Source: Octopus bimaculoides
Taxonomy: Eukaryota
DNA length: 61,196 nucleotides
Direction: 5' to 3'
Assembly (NCBI RefSeq): GCF_001194135.2
Contig: NC_068987.1
Coordinates: forward strand, 84,719,590 to 84,780,785
Part shown: one piece after another, positions 38,591-52,139 of the stretch
Layout of the letters: each line of letters starts with the position of its first letter
Position numbering within the stretch: position 1 is the first letter of the stretch
Program-made: the position numbers and the translations under genes
The notes under the pieces: model-generated
The model's database searches: none
The model's input: only the letters and a program-made list of their open reading frames with translations
What the model was told of the DNA's origin: nothing

Positions 38591-39298
38591 ACACACATGA
38601 GAAAATTACATTTCTGTCAAATATATTCACATTGCATAACAAGTAAGTTTATACTTAAACGTAACACATCGTTAGATGAAATTTACATTAACAAGTGGAT
38701 GGATCATATTTGTTACATAAGCAAATATTTGCGATCATATTCAGTGTTTGGGGACGTGTATACGTTGAGGTAAATTAACTGCATCGATATTGGAGCCTCG
38801 CTGTTTATTAAATAGGAATTTAAATGGATATTAGCCATAGCTGCTGTTCTTCCGTGTGCATAAGTAACGGTATGATAGAAGTGAAAGTATAAATTTCTAT
38901 ACGTATGAAATAAATATACAAACTGTCTGAGTTACCAGGGCGTAACACCATCATTGCAATTGTTGCCAAGTTCCTATAACATATTTTGAGGTGCTGTGTA
39001 GGCTCGACCTGCTAGGTCTAGCCACGAAATCTTTCTCAAATCATATTTTAACATGTTGAAAATGTCAGAGGGATATATTGAATAATTTAATTCGAGATAC
39101 GCAATACCCATGAGGAAGTTGATTCGGTCACGGCTTACAGAGTTACTAGGGCGTCATTTCATCATTAAAATTAGTTACAGCTTAATATAGCATAACTGAC
39201 ATCGAGGTGTCGAAGGCGACAATATGAGGTCGCTTTATCTATTTGTTATTTTTATTTTTACGGTGTTGCCTTCGGAGTCAATTCTCATTCACTGATAT

Positions 39299-39572
39299 GA
39301 AGACACGCGGCTTAGTGATTTCGATTCCCGCCAGCGCGTTTTATCCATGAGCTAGACACTTTGTTTAACTCAGCAGGCAATTACGAGTTGTACCTGTAAT
39401 TTAAAAGGCCAGCCTTCTCACATCGTGTATCATACTGAATCTCCCTGAGAACTACGTTAGGAAAATTTGTGTCTGAGGTGTACTCTGCCACTTCCGCGTT
39501 AATTTAACACGCTGTTTTTTTTCCGTTGATCACACTAACTGGTGCAATCGTCGCGTAACCGACAGAGTGCCA
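39299..39572 (+). mobile_element. degraded CORE-like SINE of the 15366 family
   Basis: CTGAATCTCCCTGAGAACTACGTTA...CGTAACCGACAGAGTGCC tail. Confidence 0.72.
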
Positions 39573-39617
39573 GTTTATTGTTTTTATAATATGGCCTCAG
39601 TGAAACCATATTCTTTT

Positions 39618-39817
39618 CTAATCTAGGTACAAAGCCCGAAATTTTGGGAGAGAGGGCCAGTCGACTCGATCGACCACAGTACGCAACTGGTACTTAATTT
39701 ATCAACCCCGAAAGGATGAAAACCAAAAATCACTTTCGGTGGAATTTGAACTCAGAACGTAAAGACAGATGAAATACCGCTGAACATTTCGCCCGGTGCA
39801 CTAAACTTTCTGCCAAT
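39618..39817 (-). mobile_element. SINE family B
   Basis: CCCGAAATTTTGGGAGAGAGGGCCAGTCGA...GGAATTTGAACTCAGAACG...TTTCTGCCA. Confidence 0.9.
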
Positions 39818-40895
39818 GGTTAAAACTAAAGAAATAGAAAAAATCAAATGTTACCAGCTGTTAAAATGTGTATAAAGTCATTGAAACACCTTGTATATCT
39901 ACGAAAAACAGCGCAGAAAACTTACGCGATATGCAGAGAAATATGGAGCGTAATAAAGTGTAGTAGAAATTATTATATCGAATATTGTTTCTGTTAGTCG
40001 TGTGCTTAAATGCATCATAGCAGTTTAATTTGAGATGGAGGTTAACGTGTTATTGTGGTAAATTCTAAGGTCTCTGAACGTTTTAAGTCTCTTTACGTAA
40101 TGTCTGTTTATGCTTATGATCCCATGGCTTCGCGATATCAGCGGTGGTCGAACCAGAACGTTCATCAGTTTCAGGCAGGTGTTCATAAAAATAAATCAAG
40201 TTATTTTTAATTAATAGTGACAGAATCAGTATTAATACCAAAATGTATTATTTTTCGTCACTTAAAAGTGGATGTTGTGTTAGAACACTCAATACTGTGA
40301 TAATTGCCACGAGAGAATTTCTCATGGTTTTGTTATGCATATAAACACTCGTCTCTGTATCGCCAGCGAGAGATAGTCGTTCACTATCGCCGTCGGGGCT
40401 ACCAGATCAGGTGATTTCGTACTTCCTTAGCACTATCAATGGTTGTCACCCGAAGGTAGAGGTAACAGCAATCCATCCGTCAAAATTTACATAGAACCAC
40501 AGTATCTATCTAATTAGACACTGGTTTCACAAATAGCCTGTCGGATTATTGAAAACATAAATAATAGTGCTTTTGTCGCTATTAAATTTTGGAAATGAAA
40601 AGTAATTTAATGAATACTGATTTTATAATCAGTCGATGTTTAACTACATTCATAAGTATACACGCTGAAATAAATAGTTTTTAAATCTTTTAAATCATTC
40701 TTATCACCAAATACAGACCTTCATAAACATGATAATTTTACGACTCTAGGTTTCAAACGTTGATTTTCCTCTCGACGTATATTAAAATATGCTGCTCACA
40801 CAGACATCGAATAAAGGGTTCGCAGCGAGGTCAAACAACAGTGGAGATATCAAGTGTTCGTAGGTTACTGGAGACATATAGGTACCACATTCAGT

Positions 40896-41124
40896 TTAAT
40901 CCCTGTGATACCAACTCACCTGAAGCCGCCTCTGGCTCTGAAGTACAAATGTTTTGTTTTCAAAAGTTCTGAATTAAAATCTTTCAACAAGCCTTAGTCA
41001 CAATTTATGTTCCTGACACTAGCTTAATGATAACTAAGCTATTTTATAAAATTCTTTCTTATATTTAAAATTAATTGAATGAAACACAGAGCATCTAAAA
41101 AAAATATGGTAACAAAGAGGTTAA
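40896..41124. mobile_element. piggyBac-type MITE, degraded
   Basis: TTAA at both ends (40896-40899, 41121-41124); imperfect TIRs CCCTGTGATACCA and TGGTAACAAAGAGG; no ORF. Confidence 0.55.
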
Positions 41125-41281
41125 AAAGTAGGTCCGACTCACGGCAAGTTCTAGGTGCGGCGTTTTTTCTTTTAAATATATACATACATCATGTCCAGCA
41201 ATGCAGCTATATGCATGATAATACATACATAAACCAAAGCATAAAACCTGCACATATACATATATACATATAAAAATACTC

Positions 41282-41385
41282 TGTTGACGTGGTTGAATTT
41301 CCAATGAAGGAACCTTAGATCTAGGTTAGAAACCAGCTCTTTCTCTATTGACGAGAAATCTTGAAATAAAATTGACTAATGACAC
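41282..41385 (+). repeat. possible short retroelement terminal fragment
   Basis: AATGAAGG-hairpin-AGAAACC...GAAATAAAATTGA; single copy in the window; family recalled only. Confidence 0.3.
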
Positions 41386-41955
41386 AGGCACCCGTATATG
41401 CATACATGTATGTATATAAAGTATCTCAGTGTGATCGTGCGCGGTTTTGTGTACACACAGCGAAACAAGTAGATGAGTAAATATGAGTATGTTTATCGTT
41501 ATGAATATAGATAGGTAAAGACACAGACACTCAGATAGAGAGAAAGCCAGGCAAGGTGACAGGCAGACGGATAGATAGATAGATAGAGAGATACTAATAT
41601 AAATTTTCTCAGCTATAACAATAATTTCATTCGCTTGTATGTTAAACTAAACAGAACTTACAATACACAGGCAATTAAGAAGTATTGTGGGGGGGAACCA
41701 AAAAAATGTTATCAAACTAAATATTTCTTCTAAGTGTCAGGAAAAAGATTAGCTCAGCAGCAGAAAATATATCATGTGGAAATCTATTTATCAGGGACAA
41801 ATCTTCAGACCGATGCTGAATAAATTAATAATAAACTCAGTCTCTTCGAATAATATGCAAGTCAATTTACAACCTTAATCTCAGAGGAGACATAAAGCGA
41901 ACACGAAGTGGATTTGACTCATCATACTGTCTCTATATTTTTAACCATAAGCTAC

Positions 41956-41956
<1 letters not shown>

Positions 41957-41994
<38 letters not shown>
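41957..41994. repeat. (AAT)n microsatellite
   Basis: Seen directly. Confidence 0.95.
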
Positions 41995-41995
<1 letters not shown>

Positions 41996-42181
41996 GAAAT
42001 AGCAACGGCAACAACAATTGTAATGAATGCATAGGTTTCCCTTTTTATATATTCCATTCACAAAATAAGTAGTCTTCTTTATACCTCTTTCTTTTTACAT
42101 CTCATTTAGTTTCTGTTTGAGTACATATAACAACGTTAAGATATAAGTGAACACTTATGTAAGTATATGTATGTATGTGTA

Positions 42182-42212
<31 letters not shown>

Positions 42213-42800
42213 NNNNNNNNNNNNNNNNNNNNNNNNNNNNNNNNNNNNNNNNNNNNNNNNNNNNNNNNNNNNNNNNNNNNNNNNNNNNNNNNNNNNNNNN
42301 NNNNNNNNNNNNNNNNNNNNNNNNNNNNNNNNNNNNNNNNNNNNNNNNNNNNNNNNNNNNNNNNNNNNNNNNNNNNNNNNNNNNNNNNNNNNNNNNNNNN
42401 NNNNNNNNNNNNNNNNNNNNNNNNNNNNNNNNNNNNNNNNNNNNNNNNNNNNNNNNNNNNNNNNNNNNNNNNNNNNNNNNNNNNNNNNNNNNNNNNNNNN
42501 NNNNNNNNNNNNNNNNNNNNNNNNNNNNNNNNNNNNNNNNNNNNNNNNNNNNNNNNNNNNNNNNNNNNNNNNNNNNNNNNNNNNNNNNNNNNNNNNNNNN
42601 NNNNNNNNNNNNNNNNNNNNNNNNNNNNNNNNNNNNNNNNNNNNNNNNNNNNNNNNNNNNNNNNNNNNNNNNNNNNNNNNNNNNNNNNNNNNNNNNNNNN
42701 NNNNNNNNNNNNNNNNNNNNNNNNNNNNNNNNNNNNNNNNNNNNNNNNNNNNNNNNNNNNNNNNNNNNNNNNNNNNNNNNNNNNNNNNNNNNNNNNNNNN
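42213..42800. other. assembly gap
   Basis: N run flanked by (AT)n. Confidence 0.99.
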
Positions 42801-43184
42801 TATATATATATCTGCCTAAAAATTATATCTCTATATATTTATATATGTATGTATGTACGTATGTATGTATGTATGTATGAATGGTTTGTGTATGTTATTA
42901 TGCTTTAACGTTTTAACATATATGACAATAATTTCATATTCTAGACATTCTGTGAAAGATTTTACGATCATGAATTTAATTTTTTGACGTGCTTCGCTTT
43001 TTTACTTTAATCCCTTCTTACTTTCATTTCTACACATATCCTTCCCTTTAATTCTGCCACTTTTTCTCTCTTTTCCTCCCTTACATTTCTGTCATATGTC
43101 TTGTAAATGTATGTGCCTCCGTGATGTGAGTATAGATGCCTAAATGTATATAAATTTTGAGTGTATATACATACACACACGAAC

Positions 43185-43221
<37 letters not shown>

Positions 43222-43284
43222 ACAAATATATTTGTATATGTAGGCACATACACACATACGCACATACACACACATATGTATGTA

Positions 43285-43319
<35 letters not shown>

Positions 43320-43524
43320 TCACACACACACAATATATATGTGTGTGTGTGTATGTTATTAGTATAGTGGCATGCACACATTTTAAGTATCAGAGTCGAT
43401 TTCGTTATATCTCTCTTTCTCATAATAGCATCATATATGTCTCTCTCCATCATTCTCGTCTCTTTCCTCTCTCTCTTTCTTTTTTCTATCTATATATATG
43501 TATGTACGTATGCTTATTTATATG

Positions 43525-43560
<36 letters not shown>

Positions 43561-43650
43561 CTTATATGTTAATATACAAATATACATACATATAAATATA
43601 TATTTATATGTTTATATGTATGGTAAATTATATATATATATATATATATA

Positions 43651-43830
43651 NNNNNNNNNNNNNNNNNNNNNNNNNNNNNNNNNNNNNNNNNNNNNNNNNN
43701 NNNNNNNNNNNNNNNNNNNNNNNNNNNNNNNNNNNNNNNNNNNNNNNNNNNNNNNNNNNNNNNNNNNNNNNNNNNNNNNNNNNNNNNNNNNNNNNNNNNN
43801 NNNNNNNNNNNNNNNNNNNNNNNNNNNNNN
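43651..43830. other. assembly gap
   Basis: N run. Confidence 0.99.
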
Positions 43831-44387
43831 ATGTGCATATATTCCCATGTATATATATATATATATATATATATACAGACAAGTATTCGTTAATAGATGA
43901 GGGAATAGAACGAGATATCTCAACAGTATCCGCGTAATATCGGTTTGTCGTACTCTGGCATGTGATAATGGGATACAGCAATTCCGTTATTATAGATGCA
44001 GCCTTAAGAACTCGTAAAGTTGTTTTTATATCATAGTAATGTATAGGCGAATATTAATTGTAGTCCGCATTCATATTCATGCCAGAGTGTCCAATTCCCA
44101 TTTTGCAGCAAGTGTCCTTTCGTTTTCCTAATTTTATCATAGCCAATAATCATAATTTTGTCTTGGAAAGACATCTACCGTAACAGCGTAGGCAGATATC
44201 ATAAGACCGTAACAGCGTAGGTAAAATTTGAATGCTCTGTAGTTCAAAGATATCTTGTCATTTGTTAAAATGAATGATAATGTGAGCCCCAGGTTGGGTC
44301 TAGATATTTTGGCATGACCTTAGAGAAATAGCAGCTAAATGAAATCAGGTAGTAATTTTAAAGGCGATAGGATGATTGCAATGACGA

Positions 44388-44582
44388 CAGTGAGCTGACA
44401 GAATCGTTAGCACATTGGGTAAAATGCTAAGCTTTACATTCTGAATTCAATTCCCGGTGAGATAAAGTTTGCATTTCAACACTTTGGGATCAATAAAATA
44501 TGTACCAGTTGAACACTGGGGTCGATATAACCACCTCAAGTCGTCCTCCGAACTTGCAGGCTTCGTGTCAAAATTTTAAACC
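44388..44582 (+). mobile_element. SINE family B, old degraded copy
   Basis: GTGAGCTGACAGAATCGTTAGCAC...GTACCAGTTGAACACTGGGGTCGAT. Confidence 0.75.
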
Positions 44583-45245
44583 GATATGAGTATTACAACA
44601 GGTTTGCCTATGATCTTAGATAAACTCTACCTGATCGTACTCCGGTAAATATTGAACAATTACCGTAATAACTTGTGAATAATGCGTACTATGCTGTACT
44701 TTATTTTAGCTGAAAAAAATGTGATGTGAGACTTACGCACTGCAGACAGTTAAATCTAAATAGGGATACAAATTATACCAAGATTTAGCATTAAATTAAT
44801 GAGGGTGACTTATAAATGTTTAAATACAGTATATTTTGGTAGGAAAACAAAGCCGATGTTTCGAGCGGAGGCCTTCATTTTGAATGTCGGACAATTTTGC
44901 TTTAAGTCAAAAAAAAATTATCTATCAAAATTTGCGATTGCCTTTTAATGAGGCATATGCCATGTTTTACAACCTTTACAGCTTTCAGAGAGCATTGAAC
45001 AGAAATCATGATATACCCATTCTGATACACGGTGAAAAATCATCATACTACACGTAACTCTTTCCCAATATTCAGATAGCTTCTAGCCTTCTATATCAAC
45101 GGAATGTTTCTCAAGTACAACTATCGTCTTTATACTCACCAACACCTTTCACTGTTCACAAATTCATCAAGTTTTTTTCTGAAAATTAGAGACGTAAAAT
45201 ATCACCAAACTCTGCTCGAACACCCTACGCACACACAGATACATA

Positions 45246-45362
45246 TGTGTGTGTGTATGTGTGTGTGTGTGTGTGCACGCGTGTGTCTGTGTGCGCGCGC
45301 GCGTGTGTGTGTGCACGTGTGTGTGTGCGTGTGTGTGTGTATGTGTGTGTGTGTGTGTGTGT
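45246..45362. repeat. (GT/GC)n microsatellite
   Basis: Seen directly. Confidence 0.95.
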
Positions 45363-46519
45363 GTATAATAGATATTTCAAGTTATTTTACAAGAGGAGGA
45401 AAATTAATATCCTGGTTGAAAGATATTGCATAAGAGACGAATTCTATTTCCTCGCATGTATCTGTAGATACATGTGTGTGTGTCTGAGAGAGAGCGAGAG
45501 AGAGAGTCTGTATGCGTGTATATATGTGTGTGCGCGCGCGTATGTATATATATACATGTACATGATGTATAATATACATACACACATATATATATTTATG
45601 TATGTATATACGCAAGTACATATATATATATTTGTGTGTGTGTGTGTGTGTATGTGTGCGTGTGTGTTTGTGTATGTAGTTGTAAACTGGTATATGATCG
45701 TATCAGTGATGTCTGCATAATTTCGTTCGCATTTCGAAACCTTATATTAGAGTTTATGGAGTTATAAAATATCAGCAATTAAAATCATATTTGGCTGTAC
45801 TTGTAACATAAGATGTCATTATTTATACGACACAGAATTAAGTATCGAAGTATACGATACACAGTAGACATGCTGTTAAAGCATCATTTGCAACTTTGTT
45901 AAAACATTGACTTAAAACCGAAACGTTAGCAAAATATATACTGAAAGGCCAGGCAAAGAAATTCTCCTTCTCTATATTAAATTATTTCATACGAATATAA
46001 GAGTGCGTGTATCTCTTGTTACACACTCTTGACTCGATAATATTATTATTTCTGAAAGTAATTAAGCGAATTCTTTTACTGCATTAGCCATTTATCTGTT
46101 TACGAAAAAACAAACAAAAATTCCATAGCACATACGTATGTTCATGTATACATCCCTCCGTCGATCGATCGATCCATCTATCTATCCAGCCATCCGCCCA
46201 TACATACATATATAAATATACATGTATAAATAAAAGATAGAAAGTGGAATTGATGACATTGCTTATTTAAAATCACTTACTACAATTGTTTCGATACGTC
46301 TTTACACCTGTAGTACATTGGTGAGACGTGTAATCATTATTGTACACATAGGGTGTAAAATGCACCTCCTCGGGTGATTAATTAAATAAGTTCTTCATTA
46401 GATCCTACCTTCATTTCACTCATTGTCATAAGGCATTTCCAAAGTGAAGGATATACATGTCTTCATTCTATCATCCCTAAAGACCTACATACATACTTAC
46501 ATGCATGCATAGTATATAT

Positions 46520-46614
46520 NNNNNNNNNNNNNNNNNNNNNNNNNNNNNNNNNNNNNNNNNNNNNNNNNNNNNNNNNNNNNNNNNNNNNNNNNNNNNNNNN
46601 NNNNNNNNNNNNNN
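46520..46614. other. assembly gap
   Basis: N run. Confidence 0.99.
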
Positions 46615-47368
46615 ATATACACATGCATACATACATACATACATACATGCACACGAACTGTATGAAAAATCATACATACATGCATGTATAGAACGCAAGA
46701 ACGCAAATATTACTTGTTGTGCTGGTTAATAAACATATCGACAGAGAAATAGTGAAGAAATCTGCGCCGCTTTAACACCACGGATTGATATTAATTGAAA
46801 CTTTAGAAGATGGCAGCAGTGGATTTTACTCTGATGTCAACATTTCAGCCATGTCTCAAATTTGAAGAAACGTTGGCCAGTTCCGGGGCATACTCATTAC
46901 ATTCCTGGCTATATTCACGAAGCAAAACCATCGATTAGCTATGACTCTAAGGTACATTGAAAGATCCAAGATGAAACATATTGTTAGAAAACATCCGAAC
47001 GGGGCTAATTCAACAAAAGAATGGAGTCAGCAACGACGTGATCTCAGAATACTGAAATCCCACGTTTCGCTCTGCCGGACACGTCACAGAGTTTACAAAC
47101 ATGAGTGGTAGCCAAAACATCGCTAATTGCCACTCAGAGGGCCCCCACGATTATGGAAAAGCGATATATTTAAACGATTTTTCTCGAAGTGCTGCTGTGT
47201 TTCATTTTGATCCTGAAATATTGCAGGTTAATACTCAGCATGCTAAATAAAATCATCCGATTACTGAACTACACGTAGCTCACATTTAAATTTTATTTCA
47301 TTAAATGATCTCTCTCTCTATGTGTGGATGTGTACGTGTGCGTGTCTGCGTACGTGTATGAGTATGTA

Positions 47369-48612
47369 GGAGGTGGTAGCAAAACCTTCCCAGACTAGTT
47401 CTGTAAGGCGCCAGAAGAGGCAGTATACGGTTGTATGCGTAACGAGAGATAGCAGTAACCTTCATCAAGCAGTGTGCCAAGTGAAATCGATGTCTTTTCT
47501 TCGCAATTTGTGAAATTTATGTTTTTGTGATCACGGATATGCTGTAGTCTGTGATTTCCTTTTCATGGACAGGAAGGTGGAACGAAAGGCCGACGTGAAA
47601 TTTTGCGTTAAACATGAAAAGTCTGCTACAGAGACATTGAGCATGCTTCTGCAAGCTTACGCTGACGAGGCAATGAGGCATTCGTGATATTTCGAGTGGC
47701 AAGGGCGCTTCAAAAGCGGAACAACGTCCTTGGTAGATGATGAGCGATCTGGAAAACCTGCCAGAAGCGTCACTCCCGGGAATGTGAAGAAATTTAATTA
47801 CCTGGTACATGAGGATCGTCGGAGGACAATTAATGACGTTGTTTATATTGTTGATCTGTGTTATGTGTCCGTGTCTGAATTGAATATGCGGCGTGCTTCT
47901 GCCAAGTCTGTCGCCCGCTTGCTGACTAGTGAGCAGAAACAACATCACGTCGAAGTCTGCCAAGATCATCATCGGCGGCAACGAGAGTTGGGTCTACGCG
48001 AACGACCCTGAGGCGAACTAGCTGTCGTCACATTGAAAGTGCCTTTTATCTCAATGACATACGAACGCACAACAGAGCCGCGGTTTAATCAAGAGCATGC
48101 TTATTAATTTTTTCGTCATCGACGGTTTTGTCCATGAAGAATTGGTCTCCCAGAGCCAGACCGTAATCGTCAGTTCTACTGCAACGTTTCGAGTTATTTG
48201 AGGGAGGACATTCAACGAAAGCAACCAGATGTATGGAGTGCGATGAATTAGATTCTTCCCGACAACAGTGCACTCTGTCACCGAGCTTTCCCCACTCGTG
48301 ATTTTCTCGCCTAAAGCAACGTGATACCGCTTCTGCACCCGCCCTATTCGCCAGATTTAGCACTTGCGGCGGACTTCCACCTCTTCTCCAAGATGAAAAC
48401 GCAGCTCAAAGCTCGCCGCTGTCGAGATCCTGAGCACATCGATGCGCTTATGGAAAATTACTTCCGAGTCGGGTTCGAAATGTGACAGGAAGGCTAAGAC
48501 TGGTGTATTTCTGTGCAAGGTGACTATTTCGAAGGAGATGATGTTAAACCTAGGTAAATATGTTATTTTTCATTTAACACAACTAGCCAGGGAATTCTTT
48601 GATACAACCATG
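47369..48612 (+). mobile_element. full-length (1244 bp) decayed mariner transposon with both TIRs and TA flanks
   Basis: Left TA|GGAGGTGGTAGCAAAACCTTCCCAGACTAGTT; right AACTAGCCAGGGAATTCTTTGATACAACCATG|TA. ATG at 47565: MDRKVERKADVKFCVKHEKSATETLSMLLQAY...DDERSGKP; IIGGNESWVYANDPE; LHPPYSPDLALAADFHLFSKMK. Confidence 0.93.
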
Positions 48613-48613
48613 T

Positions 48614-48654
48614 ATGTATATATATACACGTATATATATATTTATATATATATA

Positions 48655-48734
<80 letters not shown>

Positions 48735-48755
48735 CATATATATATATATATAACA
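48614..48755. repeat. long (AT)n tract grown from the mariner 3' TA site
   Basis: Seen directly. Confidence 0.9.
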
Positions 48756-49940
48756 CCTTGTATGTATACATGCACGTATATTTACAAACACATATACATA
48801 CATATATATATATATGTAGATAGATAGATATACACACAAACATGCATATATGCATGCAGTCATACATACATACTTATCTATATATACATACATACCTCTG
48901 TATGAGTATGTATATATCTGGGCTGGTAGGTAGGTAGGAAAGTGCAGTAGATAATAGCTGCATATTCTGCAACTTTCTTCATACAGTGAAGCCTTTTCAC
49001 TTTGTTTAGTGCCAGTCTTTGAATTCTGTGAAGAAATGAAACAGTATTCTACAAATGTACTTACCAACCAGCCTACCAACCTACTTACCAGCCTACCTAG
49101 CTACATTCCCTTGTGCATAGCAACATGCATGCATTAATACACATGTATATACGTTCAAACATATATACATGACTATGTTTAAGATCACCACTGACAAAAT
49201 GGCGTTTGGCATGTGAAAATATTTTTGACAAACTTCTTTGATAGCGTCACAAGTGCTATTCTATTGAAATAGATACCTTTCCCGTTGCTACGCATTAGAA
49301 AGATCAGATCTGGCTAACGATAATTGCACTTGTAGTGCATTGAAAATTTATGAAAGATGAATATCGTATGATACGAAAGTTAATTGATTAAGTATCGCAA
49401 TGACTTCAATCCAATTTGTGTGATAGATTCAAGAGACATTCCACACTCTTGTCTGTCTGCTTGGTTAACATCGATTCTAACATTAATACAATGATGAAGC
49501 AACCATTAAAATATGAGTCATACTTTACCTGTGACAAGCGGAATTTTGATTTATGCTTTTGGAAACCTGTGGATTACACTGATTGGTTTGCAATATAAAT
49601 GGAATCTTCATTCAAGTATATGGTAATTTTAGGGGACACAATATCTCCTTTGGAATTTCGCAAACAACAGTTTTCTTCTAATGACGCCGCTACGTCGCTG
49701 ATCAACCAGCAATTGATGCGAGAACATTAGTCACAATGGCTTCTATAATTAGTTGCTCAACCTTATTAGAAATAGCAGCTAAATTCTACCTTAATTCATG
49801 CCATTATCTTCACAATGAAAATTGTTGGGCAAGAATATATCTGCTCCATCAGCTAAATAAAATAATCAATATATTTCTAAAATCTGTATAAAGAACGATG
49901 GGGTAAGAGCGTGACCTCGTGGTTTGGGTATTGGTGATCA

Positions 49941-50458
49941 TAGACGCAGGAGTGACTGTGTGGTAAGTAGCTTGCTTATCAACCACATGGTTCTGGGTTC
50001 AGTCCCACTGCGTGGCACTTTAGGCAGGTGTCTTCTGCTATAGCCTCGGGCCGACCAAATCCTTGTGAGTGGATTTGGTAGACGGAAACAGAAAGAAGCC
50101 TCTTGTATATATATATATATATATATATATNNNNNNNNNNNNNNNNNNNNNNNNNNNNNNNNNNNNNNNNNNNNNNNNNNNNNNNNNNNNNNNNNNNNNN
50201 NNNNNNNNNNNNNNNNNNNNNNNNATATATATAGTGTGTGTGTGTGTGTCTGTGTTTGTCCCCCTACCATCACTTAACAACCGATGCTGGTGTGTTTATG
50301 TCCCCGTAAATTAGCGGTTCGACAAAAGAGACCGATAGAATAAGTACTAGGCTTACAAAGAATAAGTCCTGGGGTCGATTTGCTCGACTAAAGGCGGTGC
50401 TCCAGCATGGCCGCAATGAAATGACTGAAACAAGTAAAAAAGTAAAGAGTAAAGAGTA
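49941..50458 (+). mobile_element. SINE family A, full length, gap in the internal microsatellite
   Basis: AGACGCAGGAGTGACTGTGTGGTAAG head, GGTTCAGTCCC B-box-like, (GAGTAAA) tail. Confidence 0.94.
50131..50224. other. assembly gap
   Basis: N run. Confidence 0.99.
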
Positions 50459-50767
50459 TTGTCATAAGAGTGTGTTCAATTTGGTACGGGGTGGTACGTT
50501 GTATCCATGAGGAAAAAAAAAAAACTTCTGTTTACATACCCCGGTCGTGTCAGTTTAAATGCGAACCAGCTCAGTGCTGTTGCAATCCTCTCTTTCCACG
50601 GGTATTAACGCCTTAGTCATGCCGGATGTCCAAAAATGTATTTATGCCTATTCACGATTCCATAAATACCTTAAACAATTAGCGAAATACTATTCGTTAC
50701 AAAGGCATACGAACCTGTGAATGAATGCCTTGGTTTTTGCGTTTTCATTAACGTTCGTCAGGCTACC

Positions 50768-50970
50768 CGGGCCTGGAGTTTAGGGGGCAGTACTTACGAT
50801 CGCAATATCTGGGTTTCTATACCCGAACACTGTGGTGCGTCGCGTTCTTGAGTAAAACAATTGATTTCATATTACTGCAGTGGACTCAACTGTAAATAAA
50901 TAATCATGCGATGGTTGGGCGTCGCCATCGACGGGGAATTTGTGATCTTGGTCCCTTATACGCTAGACAA
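50768..50970 (+). mobile_element. SINE family C, degraded
   Basis: TTCTTGAGTAAAACA...ACTCAACTGTAAATA...TGCGATGGTTGGGCGTCGCCATC, matching the core plus V-like layout. Confidence 0.6.
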
Positions 50971-51179
50971 ACAAGTTAACCGGTTAACCGAGTTGTTAGA
51001 AGTTTAATGAAATGAATAATAGATATGAAGTAATAAAACCTTGAATGTTCATTTGTTTTATGCTGCGTTCCGAAGTATAATACGTTTGTCTGCCAAGATT
51101 CGCCTTGATTCATACTAATAAATACTTGGTGCCACGCCAGAATCTACGTGGTATTTAGCTAATAAACATTATTGTTGTA

Positions 51180-51372
51180 GTCACAAGGCCTGAAATGTTG
51201 AGGGAGCAGGCTCGTCAATTATATCGTGCTCATTACTCAAATGGTCCTTATTTTATCGACCCCGAAAGGAGAAAATATAACGTTGACCTCAGCGAGGTTT
51301 GAATTCAGCACGTAAAGCCGGAAAAAATATCGCTAAGCATTTTGTCCGGCGCATTGACTATTCTGCTTGCTC
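51180..51372 (-). mobile_element. SINE family B, degraded
   Basis: CACAAGGCCTGAAAT...TTTATCGACCCCGAAAGGA...GCTAAGCATTTTGTCCGGCG. Confidence 0.8.
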
Positions 51373-51454
51373 GCTGCCTTCTTTGCTTTTAAAAATATAA
51401 TTTTTCATACACAGACTAAGTAAAACTCCCTTGTTTATTCTTTTATTTTTAATT

Positions 51455-51843
51455 CTCTGATTTATTTCAGTCATTTGACTGTGGCCATGATGCAGCATCG
51501 CCTTCAGTTGAGCAAATCGACCCCAGGATTTATTCTTTGTAAGCCTGGTACTTATTCTATCGGTCTTTTTGCCGAACTGCTAAGACACAGCTAGGTAAAC
51601 ACAAAAACATCAGTTGTCAACCGATGTTAGCGGGACAAACTCAGGCACACAAACACAGACACACACGCACACAAATATGCGACGGGATTCTTTTCGTTTC
51701 CTCCTAGCAAATCCACTCACAAGGCTTTACTCGGCTCGAAGCTATAGCAGAAAGCACTTGCCCAAGGTGCCACGCAGTGGGACTGAACTCGGAACCATGT
51801 GTTTCGGAAGCAAGCTACTTATCACACAGCCACTCCTGCGCCT
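51455..51843 (-). mobile_element. SINE family A, full length with a short internal (CA) tract
   Basis: Collinear with 35580-36103. Confidence 0.92.
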
Positions 51844-52139
51844 TTATTTTTGTCTATGATCATTCTTAACAAAATTAAGGTCATTGAGATAATCTGATAT
51901 TTGTAATTTAATGTAGGTATTCCCGGTATTTCTAAATGAGAAATGTGAATTAATGTAAATAGTTGCTTATATATTTTATGGGCAGAAAATGTTTTCTATT
52001 GTCCTAACAAGTTTCATCTCTTTTGGATATTCATCAGAGAATACGTCCCCCCCCCCATTTGCCGGCCAAGATGACGGATAATTCTAAATAGCCTTGATAA
52101 GACGGAATGATAACGGGGGTAATGTTGGAATTGTTAAGC

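Noticed and set aside
41296-41340. CCAAUGA-A-GG-hairpin-A-GAAAC as a third hammerhead
   Set aside because: The core differs from CUGANGA at two essential positions, stem I is not evident, and there is only one copy in the window.
44177-44221. 16-bp direct repeat ACCGTAACAGCGTAGG with a 13-bp spacer
   Set aside because: Two copies only; most simply a local micro-duplication. The 15-bp repeat at 56662-56692 is treated the same way.
46790-47250. Moderately GC-rich block with several 40-60 codon open frames
   Set aside because: No motif is recognised in any frame; it cannot be assigned without a database search.
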